Of a stretch of 64,000 nt of DNA, positions 27,514 to 41,137 are shown in pieces. Positions within the stretch are counted from its first letter, which is position 1. Each line of letters starts with the position of its first letter. The notes below the pieces were generated by a model, which did not search any database, had not been told where the DNA came from, and was given only the letters and a program-made list of their open reading frames with translations. Source of the stretch: Eledone cirrhosa (Eukaryota); the NCBI GenBank assembly GCA_964016885.1, contig OZ024743.1, forward strand, positions 7,750,001 to 7,814,000, given 5' to 3'. Made by a program: the position numbers and the translations under genes.

Positions 27514-27985
27514 GAGAGAGAGGCAACGACATCGATTCCAGTATTAAAGTGGTACCTTATTTATCGACCTCGAAAGGCTGAAAGGCAAAGTTGACTTCGG
27601 CGAGATTTGAACACAGAGCACCGGGACTCAGCATAAATACCTTTATAAAGACTCTACTACTTTTCCACATTAGGGTGGAGTAGACGATTGAATAAAAAAA
27701 AAGAATAAAGATCCTATAACACCTTAGAGGCACCGTCATTCGGTGTGCCTAGGGCAGTTTTAAGCCTGGCGGAGCCCAACCCTCTGCAGGTCTGAACACA
27801 GCTGATTTTTTCTATAGAGGAAGAATCCACCCCAGTACTGGACTGGTACTTTTTTATCGACCTCGAAAGGATGAAAGGCAAAATTGGCCACGGTGGGATT
27901 TGAACTCAGAGCATGCAATGAGGTGGGATGAATACCGTAAAGTATTCTATCCAACGTCTTAACGACTCTGCCAATTCGCCGATGT
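27345..27985 (-). mobile_element. Two SINE S2 copies (first with an internal (GA)n expansion)
   Basis: GGGGCGC...GGTCTGAACACAGCTGAT...ATCGACCTCGAAAGG.TGAAAGGCAAA occurs twice. Confidence 0.7.
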
Positions 27986-28842
27986 AGTAAATTATACTAA
28001 ATAAATATTAAAATGACGATGGAATAAATTATACTAAATAAATATTAAAAACAATACATGATATGAGAAGTATTCTAAAGTTAAATACAGGAAATGTGTT
28101 ATGTAAATTTAACTAACAAGAATTATAACTGGGCCAATTTCAAATTATAGTTGAGATTCATAGAAGCAATAGATAGAAATATGGAGGAGTTGGAACACAC
28201 AAGATGATAGCTCCTTTTCCTTTCTTTTCTTTGCTTTTCTTTTCTATATGTATAAAAGATTTAGAGTTCGGTTACAACAATATATATCTCCCACAGGGGG
28301 ATGGTGAGAAAATATATAAATAGAAATATATTCAGAATGTGTTATGTGCATACGTACACACATACATACGCACGTACATACATACATATATATATATATA
28401 CATACGTACGTACATACATACATATGCACACGCGTACGTACGAACATATGTATGAATGTATATATTTATGTATATAGGTATGTATTTATATATGTATGTA
28501 TATAGGTATGTATGTATATATATATATGTATATATGTGTATATACACAGACACACAGACACACACACAAACACATGTTTTTATATATACATATACGCACA
28601 TCCATGGATATGAGTATGTTGTGTATATGAGTGAGGGGATAAAACTTGGAACTTGATGATGATGAAAAGATAGGTGTGTATGTGAGGAAGAAAATGAAGG
28701 TGAAATAAAGAGATAAGAAAATATGAGTAAAACGTGAAAATTCAAAAGAGGCAAAAGAACAAACCAAAACAACATTGAAGTAAAGGGAGAGATAAAATAT
28801 AACATGAAAGCATCGTCGAAGAAAAATGTCAGGAACGGGTGC

Positions 28843-28905
<63 letters not shown>

Positions 28906-29605
28906 GAGGAAGGTGACTGAGAGAAACTGAATACATACATTGAAGTTTGTGTGTATGTAGTAAAAGAAGAGTAAAATGTAACAGTACTGAAGATGAAAAG
29001 AAGTTACAATAAACTTGGGGTTTACATAAAATAAATATAACTAAGCTCAAAGATTTGAGAGGAAAAATATGTATACCTTGTTTTGAAAAGGTAAATATCA
29101 AAGTTATTGATACATTATTACATTTTGGTGTCGTAATGAAGTTTCAGTTAGTTTCTCATGCTCTCTAATGAAGACCAGTTGGATCGTCTTATTTATCGTG
29201 TCTAAGACTACAGAAAAAGGCGTTTCCTAATCGTTTTTCATCAGAACTTCATCTTTGAAATTCTATTAATGCTAACGTCAAACAACAGCAGCAATTTTGC
29301 ATCAGCATCATCTAGCTATCCCTAAAAATGGGAGGACATGAAAAGGCATTGACCATTGCTTCACTTAATGATAGAAATATAGAACAAGACCAAAGCTCCA
29401 TATATGTCGGTATATGTAAACCACATTAGAAAATAAGTTCTAAAAACTTATCTCTACAAGAAAATAATTGATTGGAAGAAAGTACAGTTGAAACAAATTT
29501 TATTCCAATATAAAATATAGTTTGTACTCGAAAGATATAACATACTATTCAATGATTTAAAACATGGTTATGGTAGTAAAAACAAGTGAATAAAAATGAA
29601 ATACA

Positions 29606-29638
<33 letters not shown>

Positions 29639-30199
29639 AAATAAATAAATAAAACATTCTTCGAATCGGATCTTAATGGTAGTAATGGGATCTTAGGTAG
29701 TAAGCCGAAATGATCGCAAGGAGAGGTTTTTGCGTTCAAGCTGGAGATAGTAAGGTGGCTTCACGAAAACGTAGAAAAGCGTTAGCAATAGAAAAGAGAA
29801 ATCAACAAAGAAGACTTGAACGTTGATAGCGAGGAGAGATTGAAGATTCTCCATGTACTAGGATTGAAAAGAAAGATCAAATGAGAAAAAAAACCCACAT
29901 AGTTTATATATATTTTTTATTAATCTAAATATCAACATTCGTTCATTACATTATTACATATAAAAATGAGGTTTTCACTCGCACTTCGAAAACTATTGTT
30001 TCCATGAATCTATGAGTATTTGGAGGAGATCCCAGTGAGCAATGTATCTAGAATATTTCAACACCTCATGTGATAATAGCAACCTTAAATGGTGTACCCA
30101 CTCAACAACACAAACAAACACACGAAGAAAATAAAGAGAAGAGAAAATGAAAAATAAACACCCTCTATCTCGATTAGCACTTCCACCCCCTTATTTCTA

Positions 30200-30619
30200 T
30201 TACACACCTAAAAACTCAAAAGCTTCAGGGCCAGACAAAATGCGGAGAACCTGAAGGAATTACTGCGTTGATCAATAAATATATAACAACTTGTACCAAC
30301 ACTGTTGAATTATCAGAAACTGGGCATAATTATAACAACTCTAACAAATAAAGTAAATCCTATATACTCATTACCCTCCAATGAATACACTAAACTATTC
30401 TAGAAAATCTAACCCATGACATCACTACCCCTGACATCTCTCCCTTCAATTCACAAGCATTCAGACCAGTACACTTAACCTCCACACTACTCACAAAACT
30501 AACAAAACCGAAAATACATGATGACTTCAGCAACAAAATACTTCCATACACACGATTCTAACTATTATCAACATCTGCCAAGCTTTTGATTTCATTCCAC
30601 GCTATCCACTCGTACAAGA

Positions 30620-30650
<31 letters not shown>

Positions 30651-30725
30651 AAGAAAAGAAAAGCTCACCAATACCTTAAGAAACAACACAAAATGCTGGC
30701 TAGCAAATTACCTGTCAGGCCACCA
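30200..30725 (+). mobile_element. Decayed I/Jockey-group LINE RT fragment
   Basis: KNSKASGPD; QAFRPVHLTSTLLTKL (compare QHGFR..HSTTT.L); TIINICQAFDFIP (compare D.SKAFD). Confidence 0.55.
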
Positions 30726-31054
30726 AGTCAATAACATATACATAACATACACGAAAAAAAAAAAACAAAAAAAAAGATCTAAAACAACCAACAACAACAC
30801 CAAAAACTAGGAGTTTCAAACAACTTCACAACATTCACGACACATATAGAAGACAGTAAATAAGCAAAACGACCTACAGGCAACCACAATAAGGACCAAG
30901 GAACTGAAACTGTCATACTCTGGCCGAATCCAGCTCAGTTATAGACAAAATACTTCCAATACAACATCATAATCTATGGACATATAGTTATAGACTGGAC
31001 AGTGGGCGGTGTACAATTAATTCAGACTGTTACATTGCAAGATATATCTTCGAC

Positions 31055-31300
31055 TTCGTCTTCATCCACATATTCTTGAGAGGGTGGTGGGGGAAGAGTC
31101 CTCAAACCCTCCTTCCAGCAAGTCCTGTCAGAAGCAACCATCTCCAACTGATCCGGCTGGATCCCCGAGCATGACCAGCCAAGCTCATGAATGTTATCCA
31201 ACCATTTTGTTCGGGGTCTACCCCTGGGTCTCCTACCTGTTGGTTTTGCCCAAATGACTTTCTGATCTTCGAACTACGCAAGACATATGATTCATTAATA
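31055..31300 (-). mobile_element. RTE LINE 3' end
   Basis: Minus: KPTGRRPRGRPRTKWLDNIHELGWSCSGIQPDQLEMVASDRTCWKEGLRTLPPPP. Confidence 0.8.
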
Positions 31301-31315
31301 TTGGAGAGTTTGGTG

Positions 31316-31574
31316 TTAATTGATATAGAGAGCAAGATTGGAAGAGAGTTCCGTGTAGTAGATATAGAGAGGGGGAGTGTTTGAGATTAATTGATATAGA
31401 GAGGGGTATTGGAAGAGAGTTCCGTGTAGTAGATATAGAGAGGGGGGAGTGTTTGAGATTAATTGATATAGAGAGGGGTATTGGAAGAGAGTTCCGTGTA
31501 GTAGATATAGAGAGGGGGAGTGTTTGAGATTAATTGATATAGAGAGGGGTATTGGAAGAGAGTTCCGTGTAGTA
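31316..31574. repeat. Minisatellite, 71-72-bp unit, about 3.6 copies
   Basis: TTGAGATTAATTGATATAGAGAGGGGTATTGGAAGAGAGTTCCGTGTAGTAGATATAGAGAGGGGGAGTGT begins at 31381, 31453 and 31524. Confidence 0.9.
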
Positions 31575-31757
31575 GTGCGTGTTTTGGTAGTTTCTCCCCA
31601 AACCTTCAACACACACATCTGTTTAGATATCGCTACAATTTATGTACATGTCATGTTTATCGCATATCGAACTTTTCTGATCATTTTAGAGTGAAAATAC
31701 AACTAAATTGACCAAATTTGCTCTGCCCAATACAGAAATGCTTCCACTGCCCGTTTT

Positions 31758-31791
<34 letters not shown>

Positions 31792-31814
31792 AACACGCAC
31801 ATACACAAACACAC

Positions 31815-31913
<99 letters not shown>

Positions 31914-31982
31914 CATGTACATATATATATATGCACATATACGTGTATGCACATGCATGCATACATACATGTACACCCCACT

Positions 31983-32073
<91 letters not shown>

Positions 32074-32493
32074 TGTTTACTTGTCTCACTCGCTTTACGC
32101 GATTTACTTGTCCCAATAGCTTTATTTAACTATTGCTCGCACCAATCTGAGGTATATGATTTTTAATGCGATGAAATACCAATGATGGTTGGCAAATCAC
32201 TGACGAAGGACTATTTTTATCATATGTAACCCATGTGCAACCATGCAGTATTCTTCTTTCTTCTCATGTTTTATATATATATATACATATATACGTAAAA
32301 TTTATCTAAACTAACCAATGACAAAAGTGTATTTTAGAGTATATATCGATTAAAACATTGCTCATTGGGAAATGAAACTGATCTCCACCAAATACGGCAT
32401 TAACCTGTTGCACACAGTGTCCTTTATCTAAATCCAGTCACAAGTCTTGTTTATTTATTTTTTGTAATATTTTATCTATCTCAGTTTTCGTGT

Positions 32494-32730
32494 GGAGGCG
32501 CGTGACCTAGTGGTAAGGGTGTCGGGTTCGATTCCTGGACTGGGTTGTGTGTTGTGTTTTTGAGCAAAACACTTCCATTGACCTTGCTCCAGTATATTCA
32601 GCCGAAAATGAGTAGCAGTAATACCTGGAGGTATTACTGATGGCCTGGCGTCCTGTCCATGGCGGCGTCTCGTACCCTCAGTCGCTTCACGCCACGGAAA
32701 ACGGAATAAAAACCGGCTTGATGAGCCGCC
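32494..32730 (+). mobile_element. tRNA-derived SINE (second family)
   Basis: GGAGGCGCGTGACCTAGTGGTAAGG (A box), GGTTCGATTCC (B box), TTGTGTTTTTGAGCAAAACACTT core; related copy at about 39735-39990. Confidence 0.75.
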
Positions 32731-33058
32731 GAGCTCCAGGCAGATTCTTTTAGACTGTTTTCGTCGAAAGACACCCGGAATTTTTCTGTCCGTTCTTTGT
32801 TGAGGCATCATCTCACATGCATCTTACCAATAGAGCGGTTCTACATTCTAGCATTACGAGTGCATTACAACTGCAATGCCACCTTATTGCATGAAATTGC
32901 ACTCAAGCAGCAGGTGGTTGACGAGGTAGAAATGCAGTTGTCCGTCTTATGTATCTGTTTATCTGTTTGCATTTTCTGCTGATACTATACTATATATAAA
33001 CATATATACTTTACCTTACATTGCTACCTTGTCCCTCCAGTTGATGTACACCAATGGG

Positions 33059-33150
<92 letters not shown>

Positions 33151-33254
33151 ATCAAGCGTGAAAAACAGTGAAAGAAAACACGAGAAAAATAAAAGGTGAG
33201 TTGTGTAGAAAAGCACGTTAATTTAAGCATTTTGCTATCTTCAATTCGGTTTTC

Positions 33255-33672
33255 GTGCCAAATCTTATGAATCTTGGGTAATGACCGAAATAATACGATC
33301 CCGAATACAAGCGGCCGAAATGGGGTTCCTCCGAAGGGTCTTTGAAGCAACGTTACTCGATAGAGTGAGTAGCTCGAAGATGAAAGAGTCACTCTAGGTA
33401 GAGACTCTACTTTTCCGAATTTAGAGATCACAGCTCCGATAGCATGGGCATGTGGTTAGAATGTCTCAAGAAAAAATCAAGGGCAGAATTTACGGACAAA
33501 ACCAGCCGACAGGAGACTGAGGAGTAGACCCCAAGCCAGATGGCTGGATAACATCTATGAGCTTGGTTGGTCACGTTTGGGGATCCAGCTGGATCAGTTG
33601 GATTAAGTGGGCGAAGAAGAAGAAGAAGAAGAAGAAGAAGAAGAAGAAGAAGAAGAAGAAGAAGAAGAAGAA
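33255..33672 (+). mobile_element. RTE LINE 3' fragment with (GAA)n tail
   Basis: RIQAAEMGFLRRV...RSQLR.HGHVVRMS...RPQARWLDNIYELGWSRLGIQ. Confidence 0.85.
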
Positions 33673-34309
33673 GCAGTCGCATTGAGTAAGAAGTAATATT
33701 GTCCGTAGCACCATATACGTATAAATCATGTAATTATGTATTTACACTGAATCTCACGAAGAAAGAATGATATTATCTGTAGACTTAATTTTGAATATTA
33801 TTATTTTCGCTATGCGTTGAGAATTCCCATTCTATTCAAGTTTCTCTCTAACTGCATTTTACTTCTTACACACTCTTCTCCTGCCAAATGCTTAAATGAA
33901 GGCGCCCTTTTTTAACTACACAACTCAATCAACTCATGTTTTCTTTCATGTTTTTGAACGTTTGCTTATGTATTAACATAACTAGACTAAATGACTCAAT
34001 TAATTGATCTATATTTCTTGATGAGTTGAGATGTGTTTCGTGCCATATAAATAATTGATTGACTAATTAATTCATTCATTTGATTGGTACTGCATCTTAT
34101 TGAAACGATTGTAGAAATAAATGGTTTGACAGAGTAATGATTTTGTTATTCCTCCTTCTGAATTGATTATTTGTGCTGTGTCACTTTCACCGTCTTCATC
34201 TACCAATATCATAATCTTTGGGATTTAGGGACTTGGATTCCTGCATCATTTGATATGAATAACGCATTGGGCTTAACGCGACATGTTGATATTAGTGGAT
34301 ATTTCAATT

Positions 34310-34375
<66 letters not shown>

Positions 34376-34406
34376 CCTCTCTCTCTCTATATATATGTAT
34401 ATATAC

Positions 34407-35280
<874 letters not shown>

Positions 35281-35389
35281 ATAAATGCATATATACGTAT
35301 ATATGTATATATATATATATATAAATGCATATATATATATGAGCACATGTATATATATGCATATATATATATATATGAGCACATATATA

Positions 35390-35470
<81 letters not shown>

Positions 35471-35555
35471 GTATTAGAGACAGTTAACTTGAGAAATTAA
35501 TATTAACTGCTCCATCATTGTTGAGTATATATATATATGTATATATATGCGGGAG

Positions 35556-35695
<140 letters not shown>

Positions 35696-35714
35696 TACAT
35701 ATATTCATATATAT

Positions 35715-35777
<63 letters not shown>

Positions 35778-35974
35778 TATTAAAGATAGTTAACGGTTTT
35801 GGCTGCTATTTCCAGCGTCAATATAAGCCCGTCGTATTATCCTAATACATTGAGTGGGATATATTCATATAGTATTTCAACAATGCAACACGTTGTTCAC
35901 CATACAGTCTGGCAATGGCATGGTAAGTATGATATATATTCAACTTGGCCCCTTATTCCTAAGTAAGAATTTCC

Positions 35975-36072
35975 CTCCCGATGAAGGAATTGAAATTCTT
36001 CCAATATTGGTTATTCCATTGTCTTGGAATAATTGCTGTTGTTTCTTGAGTTCCAGAAACCATGGTCGGAGA
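35975..36072 (+). ncRNA. Degenerate hammerhead with long stem II
   Basis: CUCC-C(-)GAUGA-aGGAAUU...GAGUUCCa-GAAA-CCAUGG-UC-GGAG; core lacks U4; palindromic stem III; GUC site. Confidence 0.5.
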
Positions 36073-36399
36073 ACTGTGTAAGCAAAACCGACTTATTTTA
36101 GCCGGTCTTGCTTATATCCCCATAAACTGAGATTTTGGCTATACACACACATGGAGAGAAAGTGAGAGAGGGGGCGAGAGAGGGGTCAGAGGGGAAGAAA
36201 TTGAGGGCAAGAGAAAGAGAGAGAGAGAGAAAGAGAGATGTAGTCGTGGTGTGTTTGAAACATTGAAAACCTAATTTTACGTCTATTCTTCTTTACAAAA
36301 AAATTCTAAATTTTAAATCTTTTATTTTTGAGTTGCTTAAAAATGATATTAATTTACACGGGGACTAATAGGCAGATTTTATCTGACTAGTGTGATATA

Positions 36400-36590
36400 A
36401 CTGTTTCTACTGTTGGTACAAGGCCAGCAATTACCCAGTGTATTACTGGCACTTTATTTTATCGACCCCGTAAGGATGAAAGGCAAAGTTAACCTCGGCG
36501 GGATTTGAACTGAGAATGGCAAGGGCCGTAACTCCATGCGTCAGAGCATGGTGTCCGACCCTCTACCGATTCTGCCAATCCACAGCCCGG
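36400..36590 (-). mobile_element. SINE S1
   Basis: Full match to the S1 core, B box and head. Confidence 0.85.
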
Positions 36591-36698
36591 ACTAGTGTAA
36601 TATAATGTCGTTATGCATAGCTATTTTAATGTAATTATATATATCTATAACTATATCTATCCCCCATTCCCCCTCCTCTCTCTAATGTATAGATAGGT

Positions 36699-36789
<91 letters not shown>

Positions 36790-36790
<1 letters not shown>

Positions 36791-36848
36791 GGAAAGAGTT
36801 AGGACCCCGACGGCTGAGCGCCGGCCGTTTCGACAGCTAGATCCGAAT
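36790..36848 (-). mobile_element. Half hammerhead of family H2 between (TA)n tracts
   Basis: Minus: CUAGCUGUC-GAAA-CGGC..GCCG-UC-GGGGUCCU, truncated near the stem II apex. Confidence 0.7.
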
Positions 36849-36860
36849 ATATATATATAT

Positions 36861-36898
<38 letters not shown>

Positions 36899-37252
36899 AT
36901 ACACATGCACATATGTATGTATATGTGTATGTGTGTGTGTATGTCTGTAAAATGTATGTACGTATTCATAAATGTATGTTTACATCCATACACACACACC
37001 ATTCACGTAGCAGATGAATGACCTTTTCGAAGCCTCTCCTAAAAGCTAACCAGGTGCAACAAAGTAAGTGAGGGATAGGCACGCAAGCTTCTAAACAGCG
37101 CTACACATACTAAATAAAGTGGGTATCCCAATGACCTAAAATGTTTAAGGAGAAAATCTGTATGTTTTGTTGTTCTATTGCTACGTGTATTATATGTTTA
37201 CACTCTGACACACTCATACGCGCATAGACACATATGTATATATTATTTATGC

Positions 37253-37292
<40 letters not shown>

Positions 37293-37366
37293 ATATGTAT
37301 ATGAATATATATATATATATATAAGAAGAAACATAATGTATATATATACATATATACATACATATA

Positions 37367-37487
<121 letters not shown>

Positions 37488-37657
37488 CAGATGTGTGTGT
37501 ATTAAGTGAATTTTCTTACCACAGGAGTAAGGGACTACCGTTTCATATGAAGTCCCCGTAGCGAAACGGGATGATCATTTTTAAGGATGAATTATGTCAA
37601 ACAGATACGCACGCACACACACATACATACATGTATACACCCCCCTCCCACACACAC

Positions 37658-37699
<42 letters not shown>

Positions 37700-37938
37700 A
37701 CATACATATATACACACACAATATATATATAGGTTGAATTTTATATCAGGACATTATTCATTACTTGATAGCCTGACGGTCAAGCTTGAACCTTTACCAT
37801 ATGTCAAATGTTATGCGGCACCGTCTTAAAGGGAGACGATCAGATCGCTCACAGCATGTATTTTTTCAAGTCATGACTTATTTTATTTAGCTCCTTTCAT
37901 CGAACCACTACGTTAGGTTATCTCAATTCTAACCACTC

Positions 37939-37991
<53 letters not shown>

Positions 37992-37992
<1 letters not shown>

Positions 37993-38199
37993 GAAGGAAA
38001 TGTGGTAAGGAACCAGGTGGACCATAATGCACCAAAGTACTCAATACTTAGGGTAGTAGAGTGGGTAATAGGAACGAGTAGGACCCCGACGGCTGAGCTC
38101 AAGCCGTTCCGACGGCTAATTCTGTACTAAAATGATTTTAGTCCAGAATTAGCCGTCGAAACGGCTTGAGCTCAGCCGTCGGGGTCCTACTCATTCCTA

Positions 38200-38200
<1 letters not shown>
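37992..38200 (-). mobile_element. Hammerhead foldback module H2 (133-bp palindrome plus tail) in (TA)n
   Basis: 38068-38200 is palindromic around AAAATGATTTT and contains GAAA-CGGCU(UGAGCUC)AGCCG-UC-GGGGUCCU; tail 37992-38067 matches 55405-55485 and 61446-61510. Confidence 0.85.
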
Positions 38201-38261
<61 letters not shown>

Positions 38262-38286
38262 TGTAATAAACAACACAATATAATTA

Positions 38287-38357
38287 TCCCATTACTCAAG
38301 GTTTCACGAAGTCAAACGATTCTAACAGAGGCTCTGAAGTCGTTCATCTGATAGAAA
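38287..38357 (-). ncRNA. Degenerate type I hammerhead
   Basis: Minus: UUCUAU-CaGAUGA-ACGA...UCGU-GAAA-CCUUGAG-UA-AUGGGA; one core substitution. Confidence 0.5.
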
Positions 38358-38486
38358 TCTTTAATTTGGATATGAGATATGAAATTAAAATCTATTATAA
38401 ATGAAAGTGAGGCTGAAATAAAATAACGGGAAAAATTTCATGTACACACAGAATCAGAACGTAAAATTAGCGATAAAGATATATAA

Positions 38487-38564
<78 letters not shown>

Positions 38565-38710
38565 GTACATAGGCATACCTATATGAATATGTAAGTCTCC
38601 ACATACATACATACAAACATTCATATATGTAAATAAAGCCATATACATATAGATGCATGGACGCATGCGTCTGAAAGCCATCATATATATATATATATAC
38701 ACACACACAC

Positions 38711-38787
<77 letters not shown>

Positions 38788-38816
38788 AGATCAAAAGATG
38801 GTTAAAGGAGTTCCAT

Positions 38817-38888
38817 GTATTTTATTATGCGCATTTCAAAAACAAACATCATCATGCAATAATATTTGTGTTTTCATCAGATAAAACA
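38817..38888 (-). ncRNA. Type I hammerhead ribozyme, H1-related
   Basis: Minus: UGUUUUAU-CUGAUGA-AAAcACAAAUAUUAUU..GAUGAUGUUUGUUUUU-GAAA-UGCGCA-UA-AUAAAAUA. Confidence 0.8.
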
Positions 38889-39040
38889 GGAGAACATGAT
38901 ATGAAGGCTAAAAAACACTTGTGGATAGTGCAGTTTTAAATCAACATATTATATTATGTATACTCCAGTCCTACAAATTGTAGAGTGCTTCTTATCCGAT
39001 ATCTGCATTGCTTTATTGTACTACAATAAAACTCACCTCC

Positions 39041-39095
<55 letters not shown>

Positions 39096-39452
39096 TTATA
39101 TATACGATAAGGTTTTTCAGTTTCCATGTACTAAATTTCACTCACAAGGCAATGACTAACCCAAGATGGCATGTAGTGGTATTGAAGTCCTTGACTGTAT
39201 AGCAAACTCCCTACCCATACAGCCATACCTACACCTATAATAAATATCTTCACTCTACATTTCGTACCCCATATTACGTACCCAATTGAATAACGATCTT
39301 ACCCGTCGATTCACTAGTAACATGTTATTCATTTATATAAGGATAGTTATGATCACATCATGATACTCTGAATGAGTGTTAGGTTTGAGCCCATTGTATT
39401 ACCTTGCTTCATAACCTGCTGAAATCTAAATGTATTTTATATATATTGTTAT

Positions 39453-39559
<107 letters not shown>

Positions 39560-39641
39560 TGGGCACAAAACACCCCCAGAGCAATCAACCGAAATCTTAG
39601 AGTATTTATATTATCAAGTTGACTTAACACATCATTACGAG

Positions 39642-39719
<78 letters not shown>

Positions 39720-40404
39720 ATCTGTGTGTGAGAGACGCTTACTGGTCAGAGCGTTCGGCTTGCAATGGGGATGTGAGCTCGATTCTCCGAACTGGTGATG
39801 CGTTGTGTCCTTGAGCAAGACACTTTATTTCACCTTGCTTTAGTTTACCTAGCTGTAGAAATAAGTTGCGACTTCACTAGTGTCAAGCTGTACTTGCCTT
39901 TGCCTTTCCCTTATTGGCGTGGAGAGGGATGACCGGTATGTATGGGCTATTGCTGGTTTTCCACAAACAGCCTTGCCCGAAATTGTGCCTCGGAGGGGGA
40001 CTTTCGTGACTCTTTATATATACATAAGGAAGAAAAGATGTTTCATGTAACCCATATAAAGAACGGTTGCATTTCAAGATGGTGCTGGTTAGGGGAAAGC
40101 GATCTATTGGATCAGATTTTAATTGTTATTATTTTTTTGTCAGTTCTACTCTTACTGTTTTTTATTCGCTAGATATAAGCTCCGGTGACTAAGTTACTGT
40201 TATTTCTTTCCGCTAGTCTCAAGCTCCGGTGACTACGAACGGTAAATCTTCTATGCCTGATTGAATCTGATAAACAGAGACTGTACTCGAAAATTTAACA
40301 CAGCGTGTGAAAATAAAACAGAGTTTGCTTATTTAGTACAGAAGCTCAAAGATTCCTAGATTATGATGGTAATTTTAGTATAGTGCCTGTCATTATTAAT
40401 CTCA

Positions 40405-40530
40405 AAAGGCGGGGGTTTGGCAGAATCATTAAAAGGTCAACAAAAGAGTCTTGCGGTATTTAGTTATGTCTCTTTACATTAATATCTCACTGAGGTCAGC
40501 TTTGCTTTTCTGGGGTCGATAAAATAACAA
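40405..40530 (+). mobile_element. Decayed SINE S1
   Basis: AAGGCGGGGGTTTGGCAGAATC...GAGGTCAGCTTTGCTTTTC.GGGGTCGATAAAATAA. Confidence 0.65.
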
Positions 40531-40997
40531 TTCGCTCAGCTGATAAAGAACTTCAGTCTTCCGTGTATTAATTTTTAAGCCATAGTGTTCTCTGCACTAT
40601 GGGAGACAAGGTCACTATTATCATCAAGTAGTATTTGTCTCTCTAGCATATGTGTGGACTTGATCATAGCTTTGAAGTGTGACCTTATAAACAGATTAGC
40701 ACCAGATCTTACCTGTAGGTTTACACCAATCACTGCAGTGTCTACAGATACTGCAGCAACTAGAATGTGCAGTTTGATATCTCTGCTCCTTTGAGATGAT
40801 ATTATAGAGAATCTAGTCCGTATTCCATGACCGTGAACTCCGTTTACCAAGCAAATTTGTTGGTGATGTTTTAGTAAATGGTATCTCAACTGTGCACTGG
40901 TTGTATTGCATACCAGTAACATATCTATGGTTATAAAATCGGTGACTTGATACAATATTTACATATAAACCACACATATAGACACTCACACACAAAC

Positions 40998-41033
<36 letters not shown>

Positions 41034-41082
41034 ATACTTTGGGAGGGTCATGTTGCCAACAAATTCAGAAACGAATTATATA

Positions 41083-41137
<55 letters not shown>

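Noticed and set aside
29150-29420. Coding-like unique stretch
   Set aside because: All frames are interrupted and nothing is recognisable
31316-31574. Regular repeats as a CRISPR array
   Set aside because: The units are contiguous and near-identical with no unique spacers, and the context is eukaryotic
32140-32240. CTGAGGT...GAAA and CTGACGAAGG near (TA)n
   Set aside because: A consistent three-stem fold could not be built; possibly too decayed
37530-37575. CCGTTTC...GAAACGG short inverted repeat
   Set aside because: The arms are only 7 bp with no recognisable core
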